This document shows positions 37,553 to 46,970 of a stretch of DNA of 61,208 bases, piece by piece; within the stretch, counting starts at the first letter, position 1, and each line of letters begins with the position of its first letter. The translations under genes and the position numbers were made by a program. The stretch is from contig JAZQZB010000033.1 of assembly GCA_045633825.1 (NCBI GenBank), forward strand, positions 1 to 61,208, read 5' to 3'. The DNA is from Alphaproteobacteria bacterium (GTDB lineage Bacteria; Pseudomonadota; Alphaproteobacteria; RF32; CAG-239). The notes beneath the pieces are model-generated. The model had not been told where the DNA came from. It was given only the letters and a program-made list of their open reading frames with translations, and ran no database searches.

Positions 37553-37614
37553 TTGATTTTTTATTTTTTTGTGTTATAACGGCTTTCGTAGTTAAACAAA
37601 AAGGATTTTTATTT

Positions 37615-38826
37615 ATGAAAAAACTTCTTACATTTACAGCTTTGGCTTCTATTATGGCCGTTGCTAATGCCAATGCTGCCGGATTCCATCTTCGTGAACA
37701 ATCTGCCGCAGCTATGGGTAATGCTTTTGCCGGTGCTACTGCCGGTGCAGAAAACAACTCTTATGCTTATTTTAACGCTGCCGGTCTTACTCGCCAAAAA
37801 GGCAAACAATTTAATATCGGCGGTACATATATTGCTCCGGAAGCATCCGCCGGCAATATTGACGGTGTTTCGGGTGATGAATCTGATGTACACAATATCG
37901 TACATTCTGCCGTTGCTCCGAATATGTCTTATTCACAACAATTAAATGACAAATATACATTCGGTTTGAGTGTTAATGTACCTTTCGGTATGATTACAAA
38001 ATATGATGACCGTTGGGCCGGTGCTGCTCATGGTGCAACATCAAAAGTTACTGCCGTAACCACAACTCCGATGATTGCTTATAAAGCTACCGATAAATTA
38101 TCTCTCGGTGCCGGTTTGCCGATCCAATATTTCAAAGCAAGATTAACTTCTAATAACGGTGGTGCTGATGTTGCTTTGCAAGGTGATACCGTTGATGTCG
38201 GTTATCAATTAAGTGCCTTATATGAATTTAATGAAAAAAATCGTTTCGGTGTAAGTTATCGTAGTGAAATCAACCACAAATTAAAAGGCGAAATTGAGTC
38301 CAAAGCTTTGGCTCCTCATCCGACAATGGGACCTGTATATAACCAAGATATTACTGCTCGCATAGATACTCCGGCTATGTTATCTGTCGGTGCTTATCAT
38401 GAAATCAACGACAAATGGGCTGTTATGGCTGAATATCAACGCGTATTTTGGAATTCTTTTGATTCTATTGATATTTACGGTCAAGAAGTCGGCGGTATGA
38501 TTGATACAACTCCTGAAAACTGGGAAGATGCAGATTTCTATGCTGTCGGTGCTTCTTATCAAATTGATGATCAATGGAAACTTCGTTTAGGTTTGGCTTA
38601 TGACGAATCTGCCGTAAAAGTTGATTATCGTACACCTCGTATTCCGGATTCAAGACGCATTTGGTATTCAACGGGTCTTGAGTACAAATACAACGAAAAT
38701 TTGACATTTGATATGGGCTTTACATACATTCAAGCTAAAGAAGCTCATGTTGAGTTAGACGGTATTTCAGCCGATTATGAAAACTCGGTTAAAATGTGGG
38801 GCTTGTCTTTGAATTACAAGTTCTAA
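37615..38826 (+). CDS. fadL: FadL/OmpP1 family outer-membrane long-chain fatty acid channel, paralog 2
   Basis: Signal peptide MKKLLTFTALASIMAVANANA. GFHLREQS. Overall collinear with paralog 1. Confidence 0.85.
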   Translation: MKKLLTFTALASIMAVANANAAGFHLREQSAAAMGNAFAGATAGAENNSYAYFNAAGLTRQKGKQFNIGGTYIAPEASAGNIDGVSGDESDVHNIVHSAVAPNMSYSQQLNDKYTFGLSVNVPFGMITKYDDRWAGAAHGATSKVTAVTTTPMIAYKATDKLSLGAGLPIQYFKARLTSNNGGADVALQGDTVDVGYQLSALYEFNEKNRFGVSYRSEINHKLKGEIESKALAPHPTMGPVYNQDITARIDTPAMLSVGAYHEINDKWAVMAEYQRVFWNSFDSIDIYGQEVGGMIDTTPENWEDADFYAVGASYQIDDQWKLRLGLAYDESAVKVDYRTPRIPDSRRIWYSTGLEYKYNENLTFDMGFTYIQAKEAHVELDGISADYENSVKMWGLSLNYKF

Positions 38827-38887
38827 TAAAAAAGTTTCTTAACGGTGGCTGTGGTTACTTCGTTTTCCATGCTCCCGTTTTAAGAAA

Positions 38888-38958
38888 AGCGCTCGGATTT
38901 GGTGGGATTTATATTTTGCGTCCTTATTTTGCTCATTAATCCGAGCGCTATTTTTTTT
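38888..38958 (+). terminator. Long-loop hairpin plus T-run after fadL-2
   Basis: 12-bp stem agcgctcggatt/aatccgagcgct, about 38-nt loop, then atttttttt. Confidence 0.4.
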
Positions 38959-39006
38959 GATTGTTTCTTTTATTAAAAAATGATATCATTAGGATAAGTT
39001 AAATAA

Positions 39007-39978
39007 ATGAAAGATTTTAAAATGCTTGATTTGTCTAATGATAAGAATTATGAGAATGTTAAAATAGCATTGATTGATTATTTTAATCAATATCTTGTAT
39101 CTGAAGAAAAGAGAAAATCAGCGCATATAGATGATGTGGCTTTTAGTGTATCTGTTCGAGCCTATGATAAAATGTGTGTTGCTCATGATAAATTTTATAA
39201 GGAATTAGGTGCATATATTAACAATGTTACAAATTTGGAAGATAAAAAGTATCTTGCCGGACATTTTATTTTTAAGGTAATGGATATTATTTCTAAAGAA
39301 AAGGATAGTAAAAGAAAAAATCTTTTAAAGAAAAAGGGATTGCATATTATTTCTAATATTGTTGAAAATTATCCGTTAAGTGAACGTACAAGAAAAAGTA
39401 TTGATACATATGTTAAGAAAAACAGAGCACAGAAAAAATTAACAGATAAAGCTTTGGAAAAATTGACACCTAAAAGATATAAAAATCCTATAGAGGGTTT
39501 AGAGGGTAAAGATGTCGTTCCGTCGTATAAGACAATAAATGAATATGTCAGTTATGCATATAATTGTGCTCTTGATTATAATAATACTGATATTTCGGCT
39601 CATAGTATATTTGATTTGTTGAAAAAGAATACGTCTATGAATGGAATAGACGTTATTCAACCGACAATTTTTGAAGAAGCTAAAAAGATAAAAGCAATTA
39701 ATAAAGAAGCTGTTTTAGAGGTTGCTAAAACATATGCCGGTAATATTGATATTGAAAGTAATTATTATGGTGAAAATAATCAAGCTTTTGACAGAAGTAT
39801 GGAAAAAATGTTTTGTCATATTGTAACAACTTACGGATATAATCCGAAAGAAGTTGAAGAATTGAAGCAAACACTTATTGATAATTCTCAAGATAGAGAA
39901 TTTTCTAAAAGAATGGCGCAAAATATCGGAGCATCGTATATTGCTTCAATGCAAAATATGAAAGCCAGAAATTTATAG
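39007..39978 (+). CDS. Hypothetical Lys-rich protein (323 aa)
   Basis: ORF only. No signal peptide and no recognised motif. Its 3' end overlaps the uvrA stop by 6 nt. Confidence 0.45.
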   Translation: MKDFKMLDLSNDKNYENVKIALIDYFNQYLVSEEKRKSAHIDDVAFSVSVRAYDKMCVAHDKFYKELGAYINNVTNLEDKKYLAGHFIFKVMDIISKEKDSKRKNLLKKKGLHIISNIVENYPLSERTRKSIDTYVKKNRAQKKLTDKALEKLTPKRYKNPIEGLEGKDVVPSYKTINEYVSYAYNCALDYNNTDISAHSIFDLLKKNTSMNGIDVIQPTIFEEAKKIKAINKEAVLEVAKTYAGNIDIESNYYGENNQAFDRSMEKMFCHIVTTYGYNPKEVEELKQTLIDNSQDREFSKRMAQNIGASYIASMQNMKARNL

Positions 39979-42780
39979 TTTTTCTCTTAAAAATTTTGCA
40001 GTATAGCTGATGTCTGATTTAGCTACTTCTTCCGGTGTGCCTTTGGCAATTATTTGACCTCCGCCGTCACCACCTTCGGGGCCGATATCAATAATATAAT
40101 CAGCCGTTTTTATAACATCTAAATTATGCTCAATAACAATTAAAGAGTTTCCTTGTTCGACTAATGAATGCAAGATTTTGAGCAATTTGTTGATGTCTTC
40201 AAAATGAAGTCCGGTTGTGGGCTCATCAAGAATATATAATGTTTTACCGGTTGCCCGTTTGGATAATTCTTTTGATAGTTTAATGCGTTGAGCTTCGCCG
40301 CCGGAAAGAGTGGTGGCCGGTTGACCGAGTTTTACATAACCAAGTCCAACTCGACGCAATAAATCGAGCTTGTTTTTGATCGAGGGAATATTTTCAAAAA
40401 AACTGTATGCTTCGTCAATCGTCATATCCAAAACATCAGCGATTGACTTATCTTTGTATTTTATTTCCAAAGTTTCACGGTTAAAACGAGTGCCCTTACA
40501 TACATCACATTCAACATAAATATCAGGTAGAAAGTGCATTTCGATTTGGGTTACACCGTCGCCTTTACAAGCCTCACATCTGCCGCCGGCAACATTAAAG
40601 GAAAATCGTCCTGCATTATAACCTCGTGCTTTGGCTTCGGGCAGGGCGGCAAACCACTCTCGGATATTGGTAAATACGCCGGTATAGGTGGCCGGATTGG
40701 AACGAGGAGTGCGTCCGATAGGTGATTGGTCGATGTTGATGATTTTATCGATATTATCTGCTCCGATTATTTTATCGTAAACAGCTCCGTAAATGCGTGC
40801 ACCGTTAATTTCTTTTTCCAGCGCTTTGCATAAAGTTTCTAAAATCAATGATGATTTTCCGCCACCGGAAACGCCGGTTATACAGGTTAAAGTTCCTAAA
40901 GGTATTTTGGCGTCAACATTTTTTAAGTTGTTGGTCTTGGCTCCTTTTAATTCGATAAATTTACCGTTGCCTTTGCGGCGAGTTGACGGTACTTCGATTT
41001 TTTTTGTTCCGTTTAGGTATTGAGATGTAAGAGAGTTTGATTTTAAGATTTCTTTTAACTCTCCGGAGGCCATAATTTTACCTCCTTGTGCGCCGGCTTT
41101 AGGACCGATATCGATAATAAAATCGGCTGAACGAATGGCATCTTCGTCGTGTTCGACCACAATTACGGTATTGCCGATATCTCGCAGGCGATTTAAGGTT
41201 TCGATAAGTCGATAATTATCTCGTTGATGAAGTCCGATAGATGGTTCATCTAAAACATATAAAACACCGGTTAAGCCTGTACCGATTTGACTTGCCAAGC
41301 GAATGCGTTGAGCCTCGCCGCCGGAAAGTGTTCCTGATTGACGAGATAATGTTAAATAATCTAATCCGACATTGTTTAAAAAACTTAATCTTTCGCAAAT
41401 TTCTTTGATTATTTTGGAGGCAATTTCTTGTTTTTTGGGAGTAAGTGTCGGCAGAATCCCGTTAAACCAAACAAGAGCATTTTTAATTGACATTTCGGTA
41501 ATATCCATAATGTCAAGTCCGGCTATTTTGACACATAAAGCCTCCGGTTTCAGTCTTTTGCCATGACAAAATTCACAAGGGGCAGCAGATTGGTAGCGAG
41601 CCAGTTCTTCGCGAGTTTCTGCCGAATCGGTTTCTAAAAAACGTCGCTCCATATTGGGAATTACACCTTCAAAAGGTTTGTAGGTTTGAAAATGAGGAAA
41701 CTGCATCGGAACAGGTTCGTTGCCGGAACCGTATAAAATTACATCTCTGGCTCGTTTGGGCAAATCTTTCCACGGCGTTTCTTCGGATATGTCAAGATAA
41801 CGACATAATGAGGTCAGGGCATCCGTGAAAAAGCCATGTCGACGATTGTACCATGGCGCAACAGCACCTTGCTTAATTGACAGATTGGTATTTGGTATGA
41901 TGAGTATCGGGTCCATATATAACTTTGCACTGATACCGTCACAATGAGGACAAGCTCCGTAGGGATTATTAAATGAAAACAGGCGAGGTTCGATTTCTTC
42001 TAATGTGAATCCTGATACGGGACAGGCAAATTTGGAAGAAAATGTCAGCTGTTCTTTGGTGGAAACATTTTCAACAAAAGCTAATCCGTCACTTAACTTT
42101 AAAATTGTTTCAAATGATTGGCTTAAGCGATCGGATATACCTTCTTTGATGATAATTCTGTCAACGACTACTTCAATGTCGTGTTTTTGATTTTTGTTTA
42201 GTTCGGGGATATCTTCCAAATCGTATATTTCGTTGTCGATTTTTACTCGTTGATAACCCTGTTTTTGCAAAGTTTCAAATTCTTTTTTGTATTCGCCTTT
42301 TTTACCTCTGACAATCGGGGCCAGAAGCATAAATTTTGTGCCTTCGGGATATTCTAAAAGTTTGTCAACCATTTGGGATACGGTTTGGCTTTCGATGGGA
42401 AGTCCGGTTGCCGGAGAATACGGAGTGCCGACACGAGCCCATAAAAGACGCATATAATCGTATATTTCAGTAATGGTACCGACGGTTGAGCGAGGATTGT
42501 GAGAGGTGGTTTTTTGTTCAATGGAAATGGCCGGTGACAAACCTTCGATAGAGTCAACATCCGGTTTTTTCATCAAATCTAAAAATTGACGAGCATAAGA
42601 GGAGAGGCTTTCGACATAGCGTCTTTGACCTTCGGCATAGATTGTATCAAAAGCAAGCGAAGATTTGCCCGAGCCGGATAAACCGGTAATAACCGTAAGT
42701 TTATTTTTGGGAATATTTATAGAAATATCCTTGAGGTTGTGTTCTCTTGCGCCTTTTATTTCGATAAAATCATGTGCCAT
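39973..42780 (-). CDS. uvrA: Excinuclease ABC subunit A
   Basis: 935 aa. Two ABC modules ([18 protein letters not shown]). Zinc-finger CxxC pairs. Confidence 0.97.
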   Translation of the reverse strand: MAHDFIEIKGAREHNLKDISINIPKNKLTVITGLSGSGKSSLAFDTIYAEGQRRYVESLSSYARQFLDLMKKPDVDSIEGLSPAISIEQKTTSHNPRSTVGTITEIYDYMRLLWARVGTPYSPATGLPIESQTVSQMVDKLLEYPEGTKFMLLAPIVRGKKGEYKKEFETLQKQGYQRVKIDNEIYDLEDIPELNKNQKHDIEVVVDRIIIKEGISDRLSQSFETILKLSDGLAFVENVSTKEQLTFSSKFACPVSGFTLEEIEPRLFSFNNPYGACPHCDGISAKLYMDPILIIPNTNLSIKQGAVAPWYNRRHGFFTDALTSLCRYLDISEETPWKDLPKRARDVILYGSGNEPVPMQFPHFQTYKPFEGVIPNMERRFLETDSAETREELARYQSAAPCEFCHGKRLKPEALCVKIAGLDIMDITEMSIKNALVWFNGILPTLTPKKQEIASKIIKEICERLSFLNNVGLDYLTLSRQSGTLSGGEAQRIRLASQIGTGLTGVLYVLDEPSIGLHQRDNYRLIETLNRLRDIGNTVIVVEHDEDAIRSADFIIDIGPKAGAQGGKIMASGELKEILKSNSLTSQYLNGTKKIEVPSTRRKGNGKFIELKGAKTNNLKNVDAKIPLGTLTCITGVSGGGKSSLILETLCKALEKEINGARIYGAVYDKIIGADNIDKIINIDQSPIGRTPRSNPATYTGVFTNIREWFAALPEAKARGYNAGRFSFNVAGGRCEACKGDGVTQIEMHFLPDIYVECDVCKGTRFNRETLEIKYKDKSIADVLDMTIDEAYSFFENIPSIKNKLDLLRRVGLGYVKLGQPATTLSGGEAQRIKLSKELSKRATGKTLYILDEPTTGLHFEDINKLLKILHSLVEQGNSLIVIEHNLDVIKTADYIIDIGPEGGDGGGQIIAKGTPEEVAKSDISYTAKFLREKL

Positions 42781-42930
42781 TGTATTCTCCCTGATATCTC
42801 AAAGTAATATAATTTCATTAAATTTGAATCGCAACAAAAATTTATTGACAATATCAGAGATGCATGTCAAACATTCTCAAAGAATGTGAAAGGTTAATTA
42901 AAATGAATTTTGCTGTAGTGAGTAATAAAT

Positions 42931-43037
42931 TAAATTCTCGTCGTGATCGCCGATACTATCTGCGACGATAGTTTTTTGTGTGTAAGGTCTAATTATCGTT
43001 GCAGGTTTGAAATAAGAAAAGTTTCAAACCTTTTTTT
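42931..43037 (+). ncRNA. Candidate orphan sRNA: sigma-28-like boxes, 9-bp hairpin, intrinsic terminator
   Basis: TAAA (42931-42934), 14 nt, GCCGATAC (42949-42956). Stem gcgacgata/tatcgttgc (42963-43003). Terminator ggtttgaaa/tttcaaacc plus ttttttt (43005-43037). There is no upstream plus-strand gene. Confidence 0.3.
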
Positions 43038-43061
43038 ATGTTTGAAAACAGGTGAAAGAAA

Positions 43062-43440
43062 ATGACAAAAAAATTGAAAATTAAAGATTTGAATATTGAA
43101 AATTTGGCAGATGTTTTGAAATTGCAAGATAAGATTATTGCCGGATTTCATGAAGATGAAAAACATTTTATATTAAAAAGAATTGTGTGAAGAACAGCAA
43201 CCTTTGCTGCTGAAAGGTAGTGAGTTTGCAATGTATATCGGTAAAGATATTCACAAAGAAATTCCGGCATTATTTAATAAAATGCGTCATTTTGCGGCAA
43301 AAGGATACAGAGGTGTCAGACTTGATAAAGAAACTAACAGCATTATTTGGGTTAAATCAGATTATGAATATAAGGCAGTTGCACGAAAAGTTATGACAAA
43401 TTGTTGTTTGAACTACCAAGGTAAAACCATTCGGAGTTAA
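43062..43440 (+). pseudogene. Possible frameshifted or truncated gene remnant (42-codon ORF, then an 85-codon ORF in another frame)
   Basis: MTKKLKIKDLNIENLADVLKLQDKIIAGFHEDEKHFILKRIV stops at 43188-43190. The second ORF begins at TTG 43183 and runs 50 nt into the convergent gene. Confidence 0.25.
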
Positions 43441-44254
43441 CCGGTGCCGTAGATTTTGGAAGTAAGATGTATGCATCTTTCGGGCATATTATGGTTGTGC
43501 CGTCATTGTATGTGGCTAAAATTTCTCCGGCTTTAACCTTATCTAAATGATTGTAGTCTTTAGATAGTTCTCCTTCTTTGGCTTTAATAAAAATGCTTTC
43601 CATATAAATATATTCTTGTTGTATCGGGGCAGAAGGGTAGCCTTGAAGCATATTTAAACATAAAAGTGTATTTAATATGGAATAGTAAGCTGTTTGAACT
43701 GTGCTTTCGTCATAATGGTGTCCGCATTCTATGGTTAAGCATGTTTTGCCGAAATTTTGAGCGCAAGCACCGGTAGATAAATCTTGTATGGTTGAATTGC
43801 CGGCATATATTTCAGGCCAACCTTTGATAATGTATTTTATGTTTAGGGCTGAAGATATTTTATCTGCCATTTCATTAGGATAGTCGCTGAAAATAAACGG
43901 CTCGCCCAAAGGACATAAAGTTGAATGAAGATCAATAATTATGTCTGCTTGCGATATATGTTCAACCAATTCATTGGCGATATGTTGTTCATAGGTTTTA
44001 GGAGTATCATATTTTTTGATGATACGGTTAAGGTTTTCATCAATTTGACGAATATTATTGTCAAAAGCTTGAGGATTGCATACGGGAATAAAAGATACAC
44101 TTCCTTTTAACGGTGTTAGGGCTTTTGAAGCAAATTTTTCCAATACCATGTAAATTGCTTTGGGACCGGCAGGTTCGTTACCATGAATGGCGCCTAAAAA
44201 TAAGACGGAAGGTCCGTTTTTTTCTGATTTGAAAGTGTATTTTTTTAAAATCAT
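43391..44254 (-). CDS. Succinylglutamate desuccinylase/aspartoacylase (AstE/AspA) family zinc hydrolase
   Basis: FLGAIHGNEPAG, DLHS and ECGHH motifs. The ATG at 44254 is preferred over the upstream TTG at 44317. Confidence 0.7.
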   Translation of the reverse strand: MILKKYTFKSEKNGPSVLFLGAIHGNEPAGPKAIYMVLEKFASKALTPLKGSVSFIPVCNPQAFDNNIRQIDENLNRIIKKYDTPKTYEQHIANELVEHISQADIIIDLHSTLCPLGEPFIFSDYPNEMADKISSALNIKYIIKGWPEIYAGNSTIQDLSTGACAQNFGKTCLTIECGHHYDESTVQTAYYSILNTLLCLNMLQGYPSAPIQQEYIYMESIFIKAKEGELSKDYNHLDKVKAGEILATYNDGTTIICPKDAYILLPKSTAPVNSEWFYLGSSNNNLS

Positions 44255-44408
44255 GATTATCTCGTTTTTTTTAATTATTTTCTTGCGATATTGTATGAAT
44301 TTATTTGTGTAAGTCAATATTTTGTCGACATTATTTATAAATTTTGTTGCAAATAATAAATAAAATGCTAATATTCCGTTTGTTTTTTAATTATGAGACT
44401 TTGAATCT

Positions 44409-45515
44409 ATGAAGTTTATCAAATATATAATATTGTTTGTTGTTTTGTTCCTTGCTCAAAATGCAAGGGCTTTTAATGTTGCGGTGGTGGCTCCGAAAGT
44501 CGGTACTATGAGCCGTTTCGGTAATGAGCTTATTGAAGGAGCACAAATTGCCGTTGATATGATAAACGAAAATGGCGGGTTGTTGGGCGAAAAATTAAAT
44601 TTGATTGCCATAGATGATCGTTGTGAAGATGCTTTTTCAGTATCTACAGCGCAGATGATTGCGCTTAATTCTTCAAAAGAAGATAGAATTGATTTGGTTG
44701 TCGGACCATATTGTGAAAACAGATTTGATGATGTGGCAAAAATTTATGAGCAAAATAAAATAGTAAGAATTGTTCCGATGCCGTTAAATGAAAAACAAAA
44801 TAGTACTGCTTTTAAGGGATTAATAAAAATCGGCGGGTTGATGAGTAATCAGGCAAAAATTTTTGTCGCTCATTATCAAAAAAATTCTATCGGTAAAAAT
44901 GTAGCTTTTGTTTATGATAGCAGAATTCCCAAAACAACGGAAACAGCTTTTGCCACTCAAATGTTGTTTAATAAAAACGGATTGTACGGATTAAAGTTGT
45001 TTGATATGGCAACGTATGATAAAAAATATAATGATTTGGTTGAAGATGTTATGCTTAACAGTCAAATTGTATATGTTTTGGGAGAACCGGAGACAACGGC
45101 GATTATAGTTCAAAAAATTCAGGAAGAAAATAATAAAACAGAAATATTTGTTGATGCATATATGGCCACGGAACATATATACAGAGAATTGGGTAATTTT
45201 GTTGAGGGGGTTTATTTTCTTTCATATAAAAATATAAAAGATGAGCCGAGTTTTACCGAAAAATTGGTGGAATTACGTATTAAGGGAAAAGAGCCGAAAG
45301 GTTTGGGCGTTTATGGTTATGCGTCGATTAATTTGTGGGCGCAAATGGTGAGAGATGCAAAAAGTGTTGATTTTAATAAGCTTGATGAGTTAAAAAATCA
45401 AAAGGAATATGAAATGCCTTGGGGAATGACCGGATTTAGAAACGGAAATGCCATAAAAACAGGCGAATATTCTTTGTATCAGATAAAAAATGGTGAATAT
45501 ACACAGGCAAATTGA
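44409..45515 (+). CDS. Periplasmic substrate-binding protein, LivJ/branched-chain amino-acid type (no adjacent permease or ATPase)
   Basis: 368 aa. Signal peptide. VAVVAPKVGTMSRFGNELIEGAQIAVDMINENGGLLGEKL resembles Peripla_BP_6 N-termini. Confidence 0.65.
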   Translation: MKFIKYIILFVVLFLAQNARAFNVAVVAPKVGTMSRFGNELIEGAQIAVDMINENGGLLGEKLNLIAIDDRCEDAFSVSTAQMIALNSSKEDRIDLVVGPYCENRFDDVAKIYEQNKIVRIVPMPLNEKQNSTAFKGLIKIGGLMSNQAKIFVAHYQKNSIGKNVAFVYDSRIPKTTETAFATQMLFNKNGLYGLKLFDMATYDKKYNDLVEDVMLNSQIVYVLGEPETTAIIVQKIQEENNKTEIFVDAYMATEHIYRELGNFVEGVYFLSYKNIKDEPSFTEKLVELRIKGKEPKGLGVYGYASINLWAQMVRDAKSVDFNKLDELKNQKEYEMPWGMTGFRNGNAIKTGEYSLYQIKNGEYTQAN

Positions 45516-45591
45516 TTTTTTGCTTTATAAAAGTAAAAAAATCTATTAGAGTCTTAAAAGTTTTAATTTTTAATAGTGATAGGATGAAAAA

Positions 45592-46053
45592 ATGGCCGGA
45601 AGTATAAATAAAGTTATTTTAGTCGGTAATTTGGGTGATGATCCAAGAATAAGTAATACAAACAGTGGTGCTAAAGTTGTTAATTTCAGTTTGGCAACAT
45701 CTGAAACATGGAAAGATAGAGCCAGTGGTGAACGTAATGTAAGAACCGAATGGCACAGAGTGGTTATTTTTAACCCGGGTTTGGCTGATGTCGCCGAAAA
45801 ATATTTACGTAAAGGTTCTAAAGTTTATTTAGAGGGGCAATTACAAACACGTAGTTGGGAAGATAACAGTGGTCAAAAACGCTATACTACAGAGGTTGTT
45901 TTGCAAAACTTTAACGGTAATTTGGTAATGTTAGACGGTAAGGGTGATGGTGTTCCGGCCGGCGGTAATGATGTATTTAGTGCATCGGATAGCGGTTGGG
46001 ATTCTACTCCGGCATCTGCACCGGCTAATTTGGATGATGATATTCCATTCTAA
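45592..46053 (+). CDS. ssb: Single-stranded DNA-binding protein
   Basis: 153 aa. INKVILVGNLG OB fold. Acidic tail DDDIPF. Confidence 0.95.
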   Translation: MAGSINKVILVGNLGDDPRISNTNSGAKVVNFSLATSETWKDRASGERNVRTEWHRVVIFNPGLADVAEKYLRKGSKVYLEGQLQTRSWEDNSGQKRYTTEVVLQNFNGNLVMLDGKGDGVPAGGNDVFSASDSGWDSTPASAPANLDDDIPF

Positions 46054-46075
46054 TAGAATTTATTATATTAAGAAG

Positions 46076-46101
46076 AAACCCGCAAATTTGCGGGTTTTTT
46101 T
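46076..46101 (+). terminator. Intrinsic terminator after ssb
   Basis: acccgcaaatttgcgggt followed by tttttt. Confidence 0.75.
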
Positions 46102-46117
46102 ATGCTATTTTAAAAAT

Positions 46118-46133
46118 TGGCACGACTTTTGCA
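46118..46133 (+). promoter_or_regulatory. Sigma-54 (RpoN) promoter for flgFGAH
   Basis: TGGCACGACTTTTGCA matches TGGCACG-N4-TTGCW exactly. It lies 72 nt upstream of the flgF ATG. Confidence 0.7.
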
Positions 46134-46205
46134 TATACTATTTCAAGTTATAAAAATTTTGTTGGCCACTGGGGAGTGGTCAGGGAAAAATCAGGGGAAT
46201 ATTTA

Positions 46206-46949
46206 ATGGATAATACATCTTATATTGCATTGTCTCGCCAAATGGCTCTTTGGAAACAAATGAATGTTGTTTCCAATAATATGGCCAATATGAATACCGT
46301 CGGTTATAAACAAGATAATGCTTTGTTTACTTCTTATATTAATCAAACAGAAAATGCAGTCGGTATCGGTTTAGAGCCTTTGTTCTTTACTCAAGATTTT
46401 GCTGATTATCAGGATTTTATTGAAGGTGCTTTTAAGGAAACAGGAAATACCTTTGATTTGGCTATTAAAGGTGACGGTTTCTTCTGCGTGGAAACTAAAG
46501 ACGGTGAAAAATATACCCGAAAAGGACAGTTTACATTAGATAAAGACGGCGCTTTGGTTACTTCTGCCGGCGAATATGTATTAAGTGAAAATAATGCACC
46601 GATTTTTATTGCTCCGGATGAGCATGAAATTACAATTTCGGAAAGTGGTGATGTTATTTCCGAAAATGGGGTTATCGGAAGATTGAAAGTGGCAAAATTT
46701 GCCGATAATCAAAAATTGTTAAAAGTTAACGGAGTGTTGTTTGACAATGTTGAAGGAAATAAAGTCAGCTTTGGTACAAATAATATCAGAATTGCGCAAG
46801 GAATGTTGGAAAGTTCTAATGTTAATGCAATTAATGAAATGACTAATTTGGTTAAAATTCAACGTAGTTACGATTATGTACAACAAATGATCGATCAGGA
46901 ACATAGTCGTTTATCTAATACAATTTCAACTTATGCCGAGTTGGCATAA
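46206..46949 (+). CDS. flgF: Flagellar basal-body rod protein FlgF
   Basis: SRQ..L....VVSNNMANMNTVGYK N-terminus. C-terminal SNVN...EM..LV..QR.Y. Confidence 0.85.
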   Translation: MDNTSYIALSRQMALWKQMNVVSNNMANMNTVGYKQDNALFTSYINQTENAVGIGLEPLFFTQDFADYQDFIEGAFKETGNTFDLAIKGDGFFCVETKDGEKYTRKGQFTLDKDGALVTSAGEYVLSENNAPIFIAPDEHEITISESGDVISENGVIGRLKVAKFADNQKLLKVNGVLFDNVEGNKVSFGTNNIRIAQGMLESSNVNAINEMTNLVKIQRSYDYVQQMIDQEHSRLSNTISTYAELA

Positions 46950-46970
46950 TTTATAAAAGGGGAATAAGTT

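Noticed and set aside
42781-42900. LexA/SOS box upstream of uvrA (and of ssb at 45516-45591)
   Set aside because: No GTTC-N7-GTTC (alphaproteobacterial) or CTGT-N8-ACAG type motif was seen. The TTGACA-N14-TGTCAA palindrome at 42845-42870 does not fit known LexA sites, so I did not call it.
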